A stretch of DNA of 56,149 nucleotides, filler included, from Sphacelaria rigidula (taxonomy: Eukaryota), in assembly GCA_964200075.2 (NCBI GenBank). It is 5 parts of 5 records of this genome, joined end to end, with 100 filler letters (N's around TTAATTAATTAA, not from the genome) between each part and the next. Parts side by side here need not be neighbours in the genome. Positions count along the whole stretch, not along the records: positions 33,756 to 44,903 come from CAXNAA020005323.1; positions 45,004 to 56,149 come from CAXNAA020005324.1; 3 more parts are not named here. One strand, given 5' to 3'. The translations under genes and the position numbers were made by a program. The notes under the pieces are model-generated. The model had not been told where the DNA came from, did not search any database, and worked only from the letters and a program-made list of their open reading frames with translations. Below are positions 34,950 through 46,339 of the stretch, piece by piece (within the stretch, counting starts at the first letter, position 1; every line of letters begins with the position of its first letter).

Positions 34950-37940
34950 GTGCGCTCGATTTTTTCGATTCGATCTGATAGGTCTGCCGCATTTCTGTTC
35001 CATGAAGGCTTCAACTCGAATTTATAATTAGTGGCGCGCGGAGAGGAAGTAAAAAAACGATAAAGCCAACCTTTTTCGACCGAAAACATGAGGTCGAAAG
35101 GCACGAAGCGGCACGTGATTCCTGTTTTACAGATCACCACGCCAGATACCACAAGTTCACAGAACTGTGCAAACTCTACACAACTCCTTCTCAGCTGCCA
35201 CCGCAACCCTGCAGCTTAAGGCACGAGTGAGCACAGGGATAGATACACTGCAGTATTTGGGTATGCTTTCTTTATATTTTGTTGGCGAAAACTTGAGCAT
35301 CTTGTTTCGTGTGGGGATTAGCCACGGAAATGCGTGGTAGGGTGGGCAACCGGCTTGTGTACACGCTCATGGACATTGCAGGCAGTATAAAGCTGCACGT
35401 TGTCCAAGTCCTTTTCACGTCGCAGTGTAGGCAGAGAGAACAGATAGTCCTGCGCTGTCTCTACTGCGCATTGTTCCCTTTCTCTTTCACATTCCACTGT
35501 CCGAAACACGCGCGCGCGTGCACATACACACACACACACACACAGACTGCATGCGAACAGTGCAGACTGTACAGACTGTATTGTATACAAGCCACCATGT
35601 ACTGTTTCACGGATTTCACTACTTTTTGTTCGATCGAAAGCTTGAAAAATTGTCTGAACCCAACTCGACAAATGAGTGAATTTCGCTCAAATCATTCCCA
35701 CCGCCCCATTTTTTCGATCGAAAAAAATGTGCCAAGACACGCCCTGAGCCCGGAGACGCGAAATCCAGATTTCGTGCATTTGTGCCTCTGCCAGTACAGT
35801 ATCGAGTTGAGTATGGAACCTTATTTACGTCACATCTCTAGATAGATGACGAATTTAGTGGAGGTCAGGGTATCGATCGTTCCCATGCTCCAGGGGATGC
35901 TCACATCAAAAATCAGCATCCGCTGTTCGTATCGTTCAGGGTTTCATATTGACTTTATATACGATATACCCCATCTACCCCATCTTCGCACGGTATAGGA
36001 ATTACTCGACATGATGTTCAATAAATGACAAAAATTTGCCCAAGCTTCTGAGCAGATGGGCATATTCTCCTTGATTAGGTGATTGACTATTTTAGATACG
36101 CGGATCACGGCCCAATCCGTCTGTGTCCATGACATACGGCTTAAAACCCTCTTCACACGACGATGAGCGATGCCGGAGTAAAATCTTCGTATTGTAAATT
36201 TCGATATCATACCCTGCTTGAGAACCTTGTGAGCTAGAAATACCCGCCACTACTTCCGGCGTAAAAGGTCATGTGCGCAGGTAAATAAAGGGTGGGTGAA
36301 ATAGGCATAGGCGGGACCCAAGCAAATGAGGTTGGCCATGGACAATACGGTGCGTTGATGGCATCTGACTCCACTGTGACATGATTCAGTACGATACCGG
36401 TATAAACAACTTACATTAAAATAAAATAGCAAATCGGTCTTCATGATGAGCGACTTTGCCCGCACCATGTCGGGGTACCGCACTTTAGTGGGGCTCTGAA
36501 TCTAACAAAGTCGGAGCAATACTTCACGGGAACCGTAGGTAAGGTATCATACTGAGCGTACCCCTGGTATTTACCGGGGTATCTCATACCGTGGTATGCG
36601 TGGGTAACGTAGGTATGAGTTTTGGAAATACCTGATTGAGCGGGTACGGTAGGTATTGAAATCTCGAAATACCGTGGTATCGTGGGGATCGTAGGCATGA
36701 ATTTCGGAGATACCTGCGGGTACGATAGGTACTGGTATCTCGAAATACCGTGGTATCGTGGGTAGTGTGGGTATGACATTTTAAAATACCCGAATGGGCA
36801 GGTACGGTAGGTACTGGTATCTCGAGATATCGTGGTATCGTAGGTATTGTAGGTATCACATTTAAAAATACCCGATTGGGTCGGTATCGGTAGGGTATGA
36901 GATGTCCCAAATACCGGTACCGGGTACCTGCCTTACCCTCTATACCGACTTTAAAACTGTCATCCAGCAGTGCGGAGAAGTATTTCAGGGCGTAGCTCAG
37001 CACTATTTTTTCGATCAAAAGAATGAGGCGTTGGAATTGATTTGAGCGAAAATCGTTCATTTTTGTCGAGTTGATTCCAAGCGAATTTCAAGCTTTCGAT
37101 CGAAAAAAGACGGTGAATTCGTGAAACGGTACATGATCACTCGTGTACAGTACAGACAGTACAGACTGTCTGCACTGCTTGCGAGCAGGGTGTCTTGAGT
37201 TCGTGTGTGCGTGTTTCGCACGGTAGGATTTTGAAGAGAAGCGGGGAAAGTACAATGCAGACAGCCCAGGACTATCAGTTCTCTCTGCTTACAATGCGAC
37301 GTGGAAATGTCTTCAACAAGGTGCAGCTTTGGACTGCCTGCACTGTCTTTGAGGGTGTACGCAATTCGGTTGCTCACCACACCACGCAGTTCTGTCGCTG
37401 ATCCTCCCATAAAAGAAAATGCACAAGTTTTCAAGGGATGGTCGAGTAGAGTATACTCAATTGCAGGGTATTTTGAAAGTCGTTCTTAGAGTACACAAAT
37501 GGGGCGTAGGGTTTTAGGGATCGCTTTCCCGTTATTTTGTGGGTACGACTCCCAACACTCTACCATAATTTGAGTACCTCGAGTACGTCTTTCAAAATAC
37601 CCCGCAATCGAGTATACTCGACTCGACCTGCTCTTGCAAGTTTTCGACAACAAAAAATAAACAGAGTGTACCCAACTACTGCGGTGTATCTATCCCTGTG
37701 CCCAACTCGTACTCGATGCTGCAGGGTTGCGGTGGTAGCTGAGAATGAGTTGGATGGAATTTCCATGGTTCTGTGAACGGGTGTTATCTGGCATGGTGAT
37801 CTATAAGATTGGAGTCAAGCTGAACTTTATTGTTTTGTAGTTTTTCCCCGCGCGCCACAAATTATAAGTTCAAGTTTAAGCCTTCTGAGAATAGAAATGG
37901 GGTGGGCCTATCAGATCAAGAAGAAAAAAAACGATCGCAC
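34950..37940. repeat. Large diverged inverted repeat (arms ~34950-35750 and ~36985-37940) around nested repeats
   Basis: TTCGATCGAAAGCTTGAAA..CAACTCGACAAA..TTTCGCTCAAATCA is reverse-complemented at 37030-37110. Similarity continues outward. Confidence 0.85.
36520..36950 (+). repeat. GGTATCGTA-rich internally repetitive element, second copy at ~40472-40800
   Basis: Recurring GAAATACCGTGGTATCGT(A/G)GG. The two copies share ATACCGGTACCGGGTACCT. Confidence 0.85.
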
Positions 37941-38918
37941 TTGAGACTACATAATAATGAGTTCATTCGAATTGATTCAAACACGAAAATCAGGGGGAAT
38001 CTGGGTATACATTACTTATGAATACAAGACGTACCTGCTCCGACAACTTGTAGCCTTCGCGTAAGTTGGGGTCAGCTGCTACACCGTCGCGTCCGGTATT
38101 TACCGGGTACCGGGAAAGTGCGAGGGATGACACCGGGTGCGATCGATTTTATAAATGTTTTTTTCTTGGATTTTTCTTCGCACCCCGGTGCCATCTCCCC
38201 GACCCCGGTGCCAAAATGCAACTAAATGATTCTTTCTGGATTATTCAACACACTCCGGTGCTATCTCTCCGACCGGTGCGATGCCCAAACAAATGCAAAG
38301 CGTGGCCTACAGACATACTGATGATGCTATAGCAGTGCTGAAAGCGGGCACCCCGGTGCCATCTCTCGCACCATCATCGCACTCCATACCGCCTTACAGC
38401 AAGTCATCGGTACCGTTGTACGAGTAGATAAAAGTGTGATGTAATAACGGGAAGAAACAGGACGCACACACGAGACACATCTACACCGCTAGCTGTACAC
38501 CGCGCACAACAACCCGAACCAGAAAAGGCGGCGAAATAGATGAAAAACAAAAAAAACTCCCGCCAAGGTCCCACCGATTTTTTTTGTGTGGTACCGCAGA
38601 GCACACACACAACCCAACCATGTCAGGGGACGCAGGTGCCCAAACCACCTCCTCACAGCCCAGTGGCAACGCTACTACTGCTGCTCCTACTTCGGCTGCT
38701 TCATTTGGGTGTGTACCGTACTTTGTTCGGACGGAATGAGCGATTTTCCATGCGGATGAAATGAACATAACAGACATCGTCCTGCTTGAACCATGACCAT
38801 CCGCAAAGTAGTGTTGCCCCGACAACATGTTGACAACACTACACACGTGAAAGGTACCCATGTGTGTACATGCAGCAGCTCATGAGCGGCCCATAACTCT
38901 AATTCTGAGAGTTTGCTT

Positions 38919-39135
38919 GTTTGGAAAGAACTAGTTGCCCACGATTCTGAAAGAGTAGTTGTTTGGAAAGAACTAGTTGCGCACGATTTTGGAACAGTAG
39001 TTGTTTGGAAACAACTAGTCGTGCACGATTTGGGAATAGCAGTCGTTCGGAAACAACTAGTTGCGTACGGTTTTGGAACAGTAGTTGTTTGGAAAAAAAC
39101 TAGTTGCACACGATTCTGAACAAGTAGTTGTTTGG
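38919..39135. repeat. 42-bp minisatellite, 5 copies
   Basis: GTTTGGAAA.AACTAGTTGC.CACGATT.TG.AA.AGTAGTT at 38919, 38961, 39003, 39045 and 39087. Confidence 0.92.
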
Positions 39136-39874
39136 TGCCCCGAGTAGTTGTCAACAGCGTGGAAAATTACAGTTAGACCCTTAGCTGAGATGGAGCGGAC
39201 GCATGAACATGTGAGCACCCCACACACTCCCACTTACACACACACACACACGAGAGACCAAGCGCACCAAATGGCAGCTGTGCCACAAGCCGCCCCTACA
39301 CTAGTACCAGCAGCAGATAGAGACGGCCCAAGCGGGTAGGTCTTCGCCAGGCTTGCGCGCTGCTGCACCCGCGGAATCCTCAAAGTTGGGTTCCCGGTCG
39401 GTAATATCGCACCCCGGTATGATCTTACCGACCCCGGTGCGAAAGAAAACACAATTGAATCATGCCATTTCCACTTTTTTTTGCGCAACCCCGTGCCAGC
39501 TCCCCGACCGGTGCCATTTCTCGCACTTTTACGGTATACCACAGGTAATTACTGGGTATACAGTAATCAGCGTCACAAGTACGTGGAATTCGTAATTGCT
39601 TTATTTCACAAAGATTTTGCAAGTTTATTTCGCTCCCCTCCGCTCATCACAGTGACTGTTGGATGCCAAAAAATGGGCATCTGGAGGTATTTGAATCCTC
39701 TTGAAAAGTGTTGAAAATAATATATCTGCGATCAACATTGAGTGACTTACGGGCTTGACCGATCTTCGGGGGTCCTGCGAAAGTGCAACCCCAGGTTCTA
39801 GCTTTTCGGTATTTTCGGTGGACCGACTCGATCCCGATCATATCAGTGAAAGACTCAAGAAGGATTATTTTCTA

Positions 39875-40442
39875 AAAATTCCACCTGTTCACTGCGCTCA
39901 AGCCGGAAAACCATGTTTCTTGGACCATTTGCGGTCAATAGCACCCTCCTGATAAACGGGATTTTCTCTCCATATCGTCCCCACAACACCTACTTGGGCA
40001 TCGTGATTCGAGCACGGTCTGCTTATTTTGCCAAAACTATCGACGCTAGCACTTTCGAGTGCTCATGGAAAATGGCATGCGAAAAAAAACGAAAAGAGGC
40101 TACGGCAGAAAATGCTAGACCGAGGTCTGTGCAGTGTAGGAGGGAAACACGATCTCGATCGTTATTGTGAAGAATTGTATACATATTAATTTATCTGAAT
40201 ATTCACCGTTTCGTTGCGGAAGAGCCGGAAAACTGTTTTCATTGGACCAAAAACGGTCAATGACACCCTCCTGATAAACGGGGTGTCTACTCGTAGTCCG
40301 TACCGCCCCTAAAACACCAACTTGGGCACTGTAGTTTGAGCGCGGCCTACGCTTCCCCCCAAATATACCGGCACTAGCACTTTCAAGTAGCGATGAAGAA
40401 CAGTACTCGAGAAAAACTCGAAAACTACGACAGCAACGAATT
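39875..40442. repeat. Diverged ~320-bp tandem duplication
   Basis: AGCCGGAAAAC, CACCCTCCTGATAAACGGG, ACTTGGGCA and CTAGCACTTTC each occur twice at constant spacing. Confidence 0.8.
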
Positions 40443-40849
40443 CCGAATACTTCTGATGCTGACCACTTTACCACTGGTATTCACCGGAGTATCTCATACC
40501 ATGGTATGTGTGGGTATCGCAGGGATCGTAGGTATGAGATTTGGAAATGACTGAGCGGGTACGGTAGGTATTGAAATCTCGAAATACCGTGGTATCGTAG
40601 GTATCGTAGCCACGACATTTGAAAATACTCGATTGGGCGGGTAGGGTAGGTATTGACATATCGAAATACAGTAGTGGTATCGTGGGTATCGTAGGTATGA
40701 CATTTGAAAATACCTGATTGGATCGGTATCGGTGGGGTATCAGATGTTCCAAATACCGGTACCGGGTACCTACCATACCTTTGATGCCTGTGCAATACTT
40801 GTACCATCCGTATCGATTTTGCAACGGCCGGTTTACGGCGACAGCGGAA

Positions 40850-41850
40850 AGTTCGCTACTCGGAAAAGCCCCTGTCGAGGATCATCCATGATGCATATAG
40901 GTCAACTGGCAGCGCACTGCAGTCAAGGGTTCCATCTCTCTTGGGCAGAAGAAAGCCCATATAAAATCGTTGAGCGACTATAACTTGGGAAGGGGTGTTA
41001 TACACCGTAGTGGATGGCAGTGCACGAGCAGTACAAGTCAACGATGTTAGGCAAGTTTTGCTTCGATCGTAGATGCTGCGGTCTGAGGAGCACCTTCTCT
41101 CAGGAAAAGAGTCGCAACTTCATCTGACGCGAAAAAACATTACCCTTTGAATATTGTGACACGAGATTCTCCCGTACAGCCAACGATATGATTTACTGAG
41201 AAGTCATACACGTGTACACGCATGACATGCACCCTAGAGGAAGGAGGGCATCACGTGATAGTACAGTACATCACAGTACTGTACTGAAGTGAAAAGATAG
41301 CAAAAAGAAAGCCAACATCAAAATCAGAGCATGAATCTCCACGACGCGCAATGCATCAACACAGAACGGACAGAACAAAACACGCTACAGCATTGCGTTG
41401 CACATATTAAACAAGCGCAGCGCAGAGCTTTAGCATAGCCCATGTGTGTAGAATATCAACACAGGGCACATGCGAGACATCTCACAAACATTACCATCAC
41501 GAAACCCCGCGCAGGGAGGGCTCCAGTTCACGATAGATGTCACACCAGAGTCGAAACCAACGACGACATAAAACGCCGACCACACATGCATTTCACCTGC
41601 AGTATTTGGACCGCGTAAATGTCATCAATACCATCTCCATCAAAACATCCAAGAGTGACCATCACCTTCAGGGTTCCAGCATCAAAGCCAATAGAGTCCG
41701 CAAGCTCAAGGGCCTTCGCGTCCAACCCTTTCCCGGGGGTGACGAAGACCAAGCTTTGCGTGCCGATCCACTCGTGATCCATGTTCCACTGAACAAACTT
41801 GTCTAACCAGATGGTCATCATGTCCAATACTGGAGACAGAGTATCCGGTA
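40850..41850 (-). pseudogene. Probable hAT-type transposase remnants
   Basis: Exon-like block ..GLDAKALELADSIGFDAGTLKVMVTLGCFDG..LQ|GT (41597-41850), followed by degraded LYCSCTAIH..LYGLSSAQERW. These resemble the hAT DG and CxxH region. Confidence 0.45.
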
Positions 41851-42984
41851 GAACAACCACAGTGTCAACAGCCGCACAGCACCACAAGGAACAGTACGGT
41901 GTAGTGCAGTTAGTGCCGTGCCACCCACACTGTAGTACAGTACAGCACGTACTGAACGCAGCCTGTACTGTACTATTGTAGGCAACGTAGGTAACGAGTT
42001 ATGCGGCGCGAGATGGAGGGGCGGTCTGACCGTACCAGTTAGACATTGGTTCGATTTCTAGCCAATCACAAGAGAGTGTTTTCAGTAGTTGTGCCGCATC
42101 TCCGTAGAACGCGGTATTTGCACCGTGTCTGGTGTGTTACTCGCACGTGTGTCTTCGCTGTCATGATGAACGGTAGGGAGGTGAGAGCCTAGAGTAGCCC
42201 AGTCGGCTTGTCGGTAGGAACAACCCGCACCTTTGCGTACCGTCATGTATTGTAGGAGCTTTGGTCATGACGTAATGCACCAAATGCCCCACACTGTGCT
42301 GTTGTTGTGTTCTTCGTGTACTGCTGATTGTCACCAGGGGGGGAAAGGGGGGGGGGGGGGGGGGTTCCTTGGCTCAGGCACAAGGTAGATGTGTTATATC
42401 GTTTATTAGAGAGTATCAATGTAATGCTATATCACGGGAGAGTGCAGTTGAGGAGAAGGAGCTGCGTGAGCGAGCTAGGAGGCGTCACAGCAACGCAACC
42501 TCAGTGCCCTCCCACATTCGCACATACTTGACTGTCAGAACTCGTACGTCACCCCGATACCGTTGTTTTACGGACATCCTACTGGCGGTATCTGTACACG
42601 AGAATACCCCCCCCATGATCTGATACCTCAATGCTGAAAGCTCTCTCTATAAGAAAATATGAATTTATGTGCGTGTCATTTATTCTTTTTTTTATATATA
42701 TATTTGTCACACTTTAAACCCCTCCCCTTCCTCGGGACGAATCCGTGGTCTCAAGGGTCTCAAGGGATCAGCCAATCTCTTCCCGGTACACGCCTTCCAT
42801 TTTGGTCTCGCGGGTTGGAGCAGCACTTCTGCTCCACGTCAACTCTCGTCAAACAAAACCAGCCCCACGAAGTAGCGGGGGGGGCTTCACGCGACATGCG
42901 TACAAATGCGTTACGAAAACCTTGACCTGGAACGCCTAGAGCTAACAAAACGACACACGCACGATTGAAAACAACGAGCATACT

Positions 42985-44130
42985 CGTCATCCCCCACATT
43001 CATCAAGGCGCGCCGGTGTCTCCCAAACAACGTTACTGAGACTGGTTTTGTCAGGATATCAGCGCGCCGCCACTCGGAATCTACGTGCATTATCTTGACG
43101 GCTTTCGACTTTTTACCAGGTCACGAATATAATGCCACCTCACGTCTGTGTGCTTGCTGCGTCTCGAGCTGAGAGGGTTTCGAGAGGGTTTTCAGCCAGG
43201 GCCATAGCCCTCTCGTTGTTCTCATGAATCAGGATACCGTATTCGGCCGCGCGCCCCAGCACAGGTCTCAGCCGCGGGAAAGGCAGAACGACCCTCGCAA
43301 AGTTGCACTCCTTGCCCCCTTCTGTCATTGCAATATACTTTACCTCCGTGGTCGACAAAAGCACACAGTGTTGTGCGCAGCTGCTGCTTGATACTGCTAC
43401 CCCCCCGTACATTACCGCTACCCCGGAAACCGATCTCCTATCCGTCTCTTACTTGGAATAGTCTATCACAATATGCCGAAGGCAACTGTCTCCTACACTG
43501 AACATCAAACCGTATTTCCTGGCCCTCTTCAGGTATGCCAAGACGATTGGAGCTCCTTCTCAGTGTCTCTCAAATGCGCCATGCGCCTGGTGGGCCAGGG
43601 CTCGAACTGCGTTGGCTATGCCGGGCCTAGTTAACCCTTTTGGAACTCGCGAAAAATTGGACAAAACTCCCATTTGCGAGCTTTCGTCACCGGGAAAAAG
43701 TTACTTCGAGTTCGGTGCACGAATCCGTCACATAAGTATACTTGAACTTACAGTGGTGCACCGTTTTGGTGGGTTGCATCATCAGCACTTGCAGAAAAAC
43801 GACCGTATCTTGCCCAAGAAAAGGTCAATTGTGAAACATCATTTTTCCTTCCTCCTGTGTGACGCCGGCTGGTGCGCCCACATAAACCGAACGGTGTAGA
43901 CCGGCGCCCAGAATAGATCGGACGACAACACACACACATTTTTCCATCAACGGTTCCAAGAGGGTTGAACGTGCCAACCACATTAACCCTTCTACCACAC
44001 CGCGGTACGGGCGATTTACCACCGAGTCACCTGTGCCACCGCCCCCAAGTCTGCAGAAGTTGATGCAGGGATATCTGACAAGTCCGTAACCTCGAAGCGC
44101 TTCAACAGAGGGTCTGTGAACGTTATTTGA
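42985..44130 (-). mobile_element. Ty1/Copia RT-RNase H remnant
   Basis: PYRGVVEGLMWLARST|RPGIANAVRAL, DRRSVSG, QHCVLLSTTEVKY, ENNERAMALAENP, RSKHTDVRWHYIRDLV, ADILTKP. Confidence 0.9.
43635..43964. mobile_element. piggyBac-like MITE inserted in the Copia remnant
   Basis: TTAA|CCCTTTTGGAAC ... GTTCCAAGAGGG|TTGA. Removing it restores the Copia reading frame. Confidence 0.8.
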
Positions 44131-44903
44131 TTTCGCTGTGCGCTTGTGAATCGGCTCAGACCCAAACCGGGCCAAACGAGCAAAACGCACTGACTGATCA
44201 ATTCCGCTTTTTTTTTGTATTGGCCCACTTTTTTTTGTTTTCAAGATACGATACGTCCTTGGAGAAAAAGAGTACAGCCGGAACGGACTGTACGATTGCT
44301 CGACGTATGCCACATCAGATATGCTGTAGCCCTGGCAAACAAAGAGAAAAGGCTGGTCCCAACGTCCCAACCTGACACATTCCCCGCTCTGTGCGGCGGC
44401 GTCCCCCACTTTTGTGCTCGTTTTTCCCTCGCTAAACTACACTGGAGTGGTGATAAAAATCAAACCATAAACGTCATACTCTCACCAGTATCTTCTCTAC
44501 TCAGTGTCTCACGAATCCCCACCCGACGGATAGAGGAGGCGTTCTTTCTGCAAGAGACAAGATGTCGAGCTACTACTTTATTCTGAATGATATGATGGGG
44601 TTGCGGTCAAAGAGGAAGCAATAGAGATTTTTACGCCATATCGGTGACGAAAATCCACGTGTGACATCAAATATGAAATAAAAACAAGGTTTCTTGTGGA
44701 GACGATTATAATCGGATTTTTACAGGGCAAACATAGTTCGTCCACATGCCTCGCCCATCGTTCGCAGCGCCGTTTTTGGCTCAAATCGCCACCAGCGCAC
44801 ACTTCACCTGTAATAGGACACTCACTATATGCCCCCCCCCCCCCCCCCCCCTCCCGGAAGGGCAGCGTGGGCCACGGTGAAACCACCAAAGCCAAGCAAA
44901 AAA

Positions 44904-45003
44904 NNNNNNNNNNNNNNNNNNNNNNNNNNNNNNNNNNNNNNNNNNNNTTAATTAATTAANNNNNNNNNNNNNNNNNNNNNNNNNNNNNNNNNNNNNNNNN
45001 NNN
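44904..45003. other. Artificial scaffold linker
   Basis: Identical 100-bp cassette. Confidence 0.97.
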
Positions 45004-46339
45004 GTCTAATAAGAAGTAATATCCAGGTAGCTCATGAGCTGTCCGACGTGTGGAATATTCTCGTTGTATGCTTGCCAGTTGATGTATGTTCAGGGGTTGG
45101 TGTAACTGACAACATGCACTACAGTGTTCAAAAGCAATGAGACAAGAAGGAGGAAGAGTATAATATACCCCTAAACTTACTGAAAAGTCTCGTTCCGGGG
45201 GCTCAGACACCGAAGAATGGGACAGCTGAAGACGTATCAGACGCTGGACGACGTGGTTGACTAATCCTCTACCGTACTGTTGAAATCCCGGGGGCGATGA
45301 ACGAGTGCCACCGTGGGGACTCGTGCGAAAGACCTTCTATTCGACCCCAAGACATATTTTCACTCAAAGTCATAACTATAAAAATCTTTAGCTCCTCAAG
45401 CTCTCACATACTTATATATCGAATCGTCGAACTCTTATATATCCACGCCGTCCAACACGATAGCGGCCAGCGACGTACTTGTTTTCTGAACGTTACAGCT
45501 CGGCTAGCAGCTGATCCAGATGCCGCTCAAATATTTCCCTAAGATGAACATCGCTCATCCCCGCTGTTCATACCAGAAACAACTCAGCAAGTGCAATCTA
45601 CATCACATTTCAACAGCATCATCAGTTTGAAAATGCGGCCATGTATTGTTTGGACACCAAGGCGTTACGAGACGTGAGCAATACGCGAGAAACGTTTCAC
45701 TTTCCCTGGCTATGTTTTGTCGCCCTAGCATCAGGGCTCGGGCGGAAGACTACTGGCACACGCATATTTACCCGCTCGTGTGACCTACCGAGACACATCG
45801 TGTGCGCAGAAGGGTTCTTCTTAGGCCCAGCCTGTGGTGTAGGAGCGCGGGTTGAGAAAAGATCAATATCAGCTATTCTGTCATGCAGTCATGTCCTGCC
45901 GTCTGTCATTCTGCCATTCCGCTATATTTCCATTCTGTCAATCAAAAAGTCATTATAACGAGCGGAACGGGTCGGTTTTCTTTAAAACCCAAAGTCTAGA
46001 AGCCGGGAGATGGAACAGCAAGTGTCGGTGCCGTTACAATGCAGTAACGTTTAGTTGAAAAATAGAAGAGGTTGCGAAAGGTGGCAACACTTGCGCTCGT
46101 ACTCCGAACCCTGATGAAGAAGCAAATACATAAATGAAGACACGTATACCGCGCACTGTCAGGATGACAAGTTGTTCGAGGCAGTTTCATCCATCGTCTT
46201 CCTTTTGAATGTCACAAACGAGTTTCACCTGCCTCTGACGGCAGTCACCCCCAATTCCTGAATTTGCCATGATAACAGCTATGGGCAATGAATGAAGATA
46301 ATGCTGCTAAGCAAAGGAACCAACCCAGCATGCTGTTAC

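Noticed and set aside
36441..37060. ORFs rich in IPTIPRY (also 40468-40824, 38687-39154 and 48136-48524)
   Set aside because: These are translations of tandemly repetitive non-coding DNA.
38919..39135. CRISPR-like array (also 25336-25505 and 48209-48312)
   Set aside because: The units are contiguous with no unique spacers, there are no cas genes, and the context is eukaryotic. These are minisatellites.
45004..46300. 3' exons of the EF-hand-like gene
   Set aside because: Several candidate acceptors exist, but none could be chosen with confidence.
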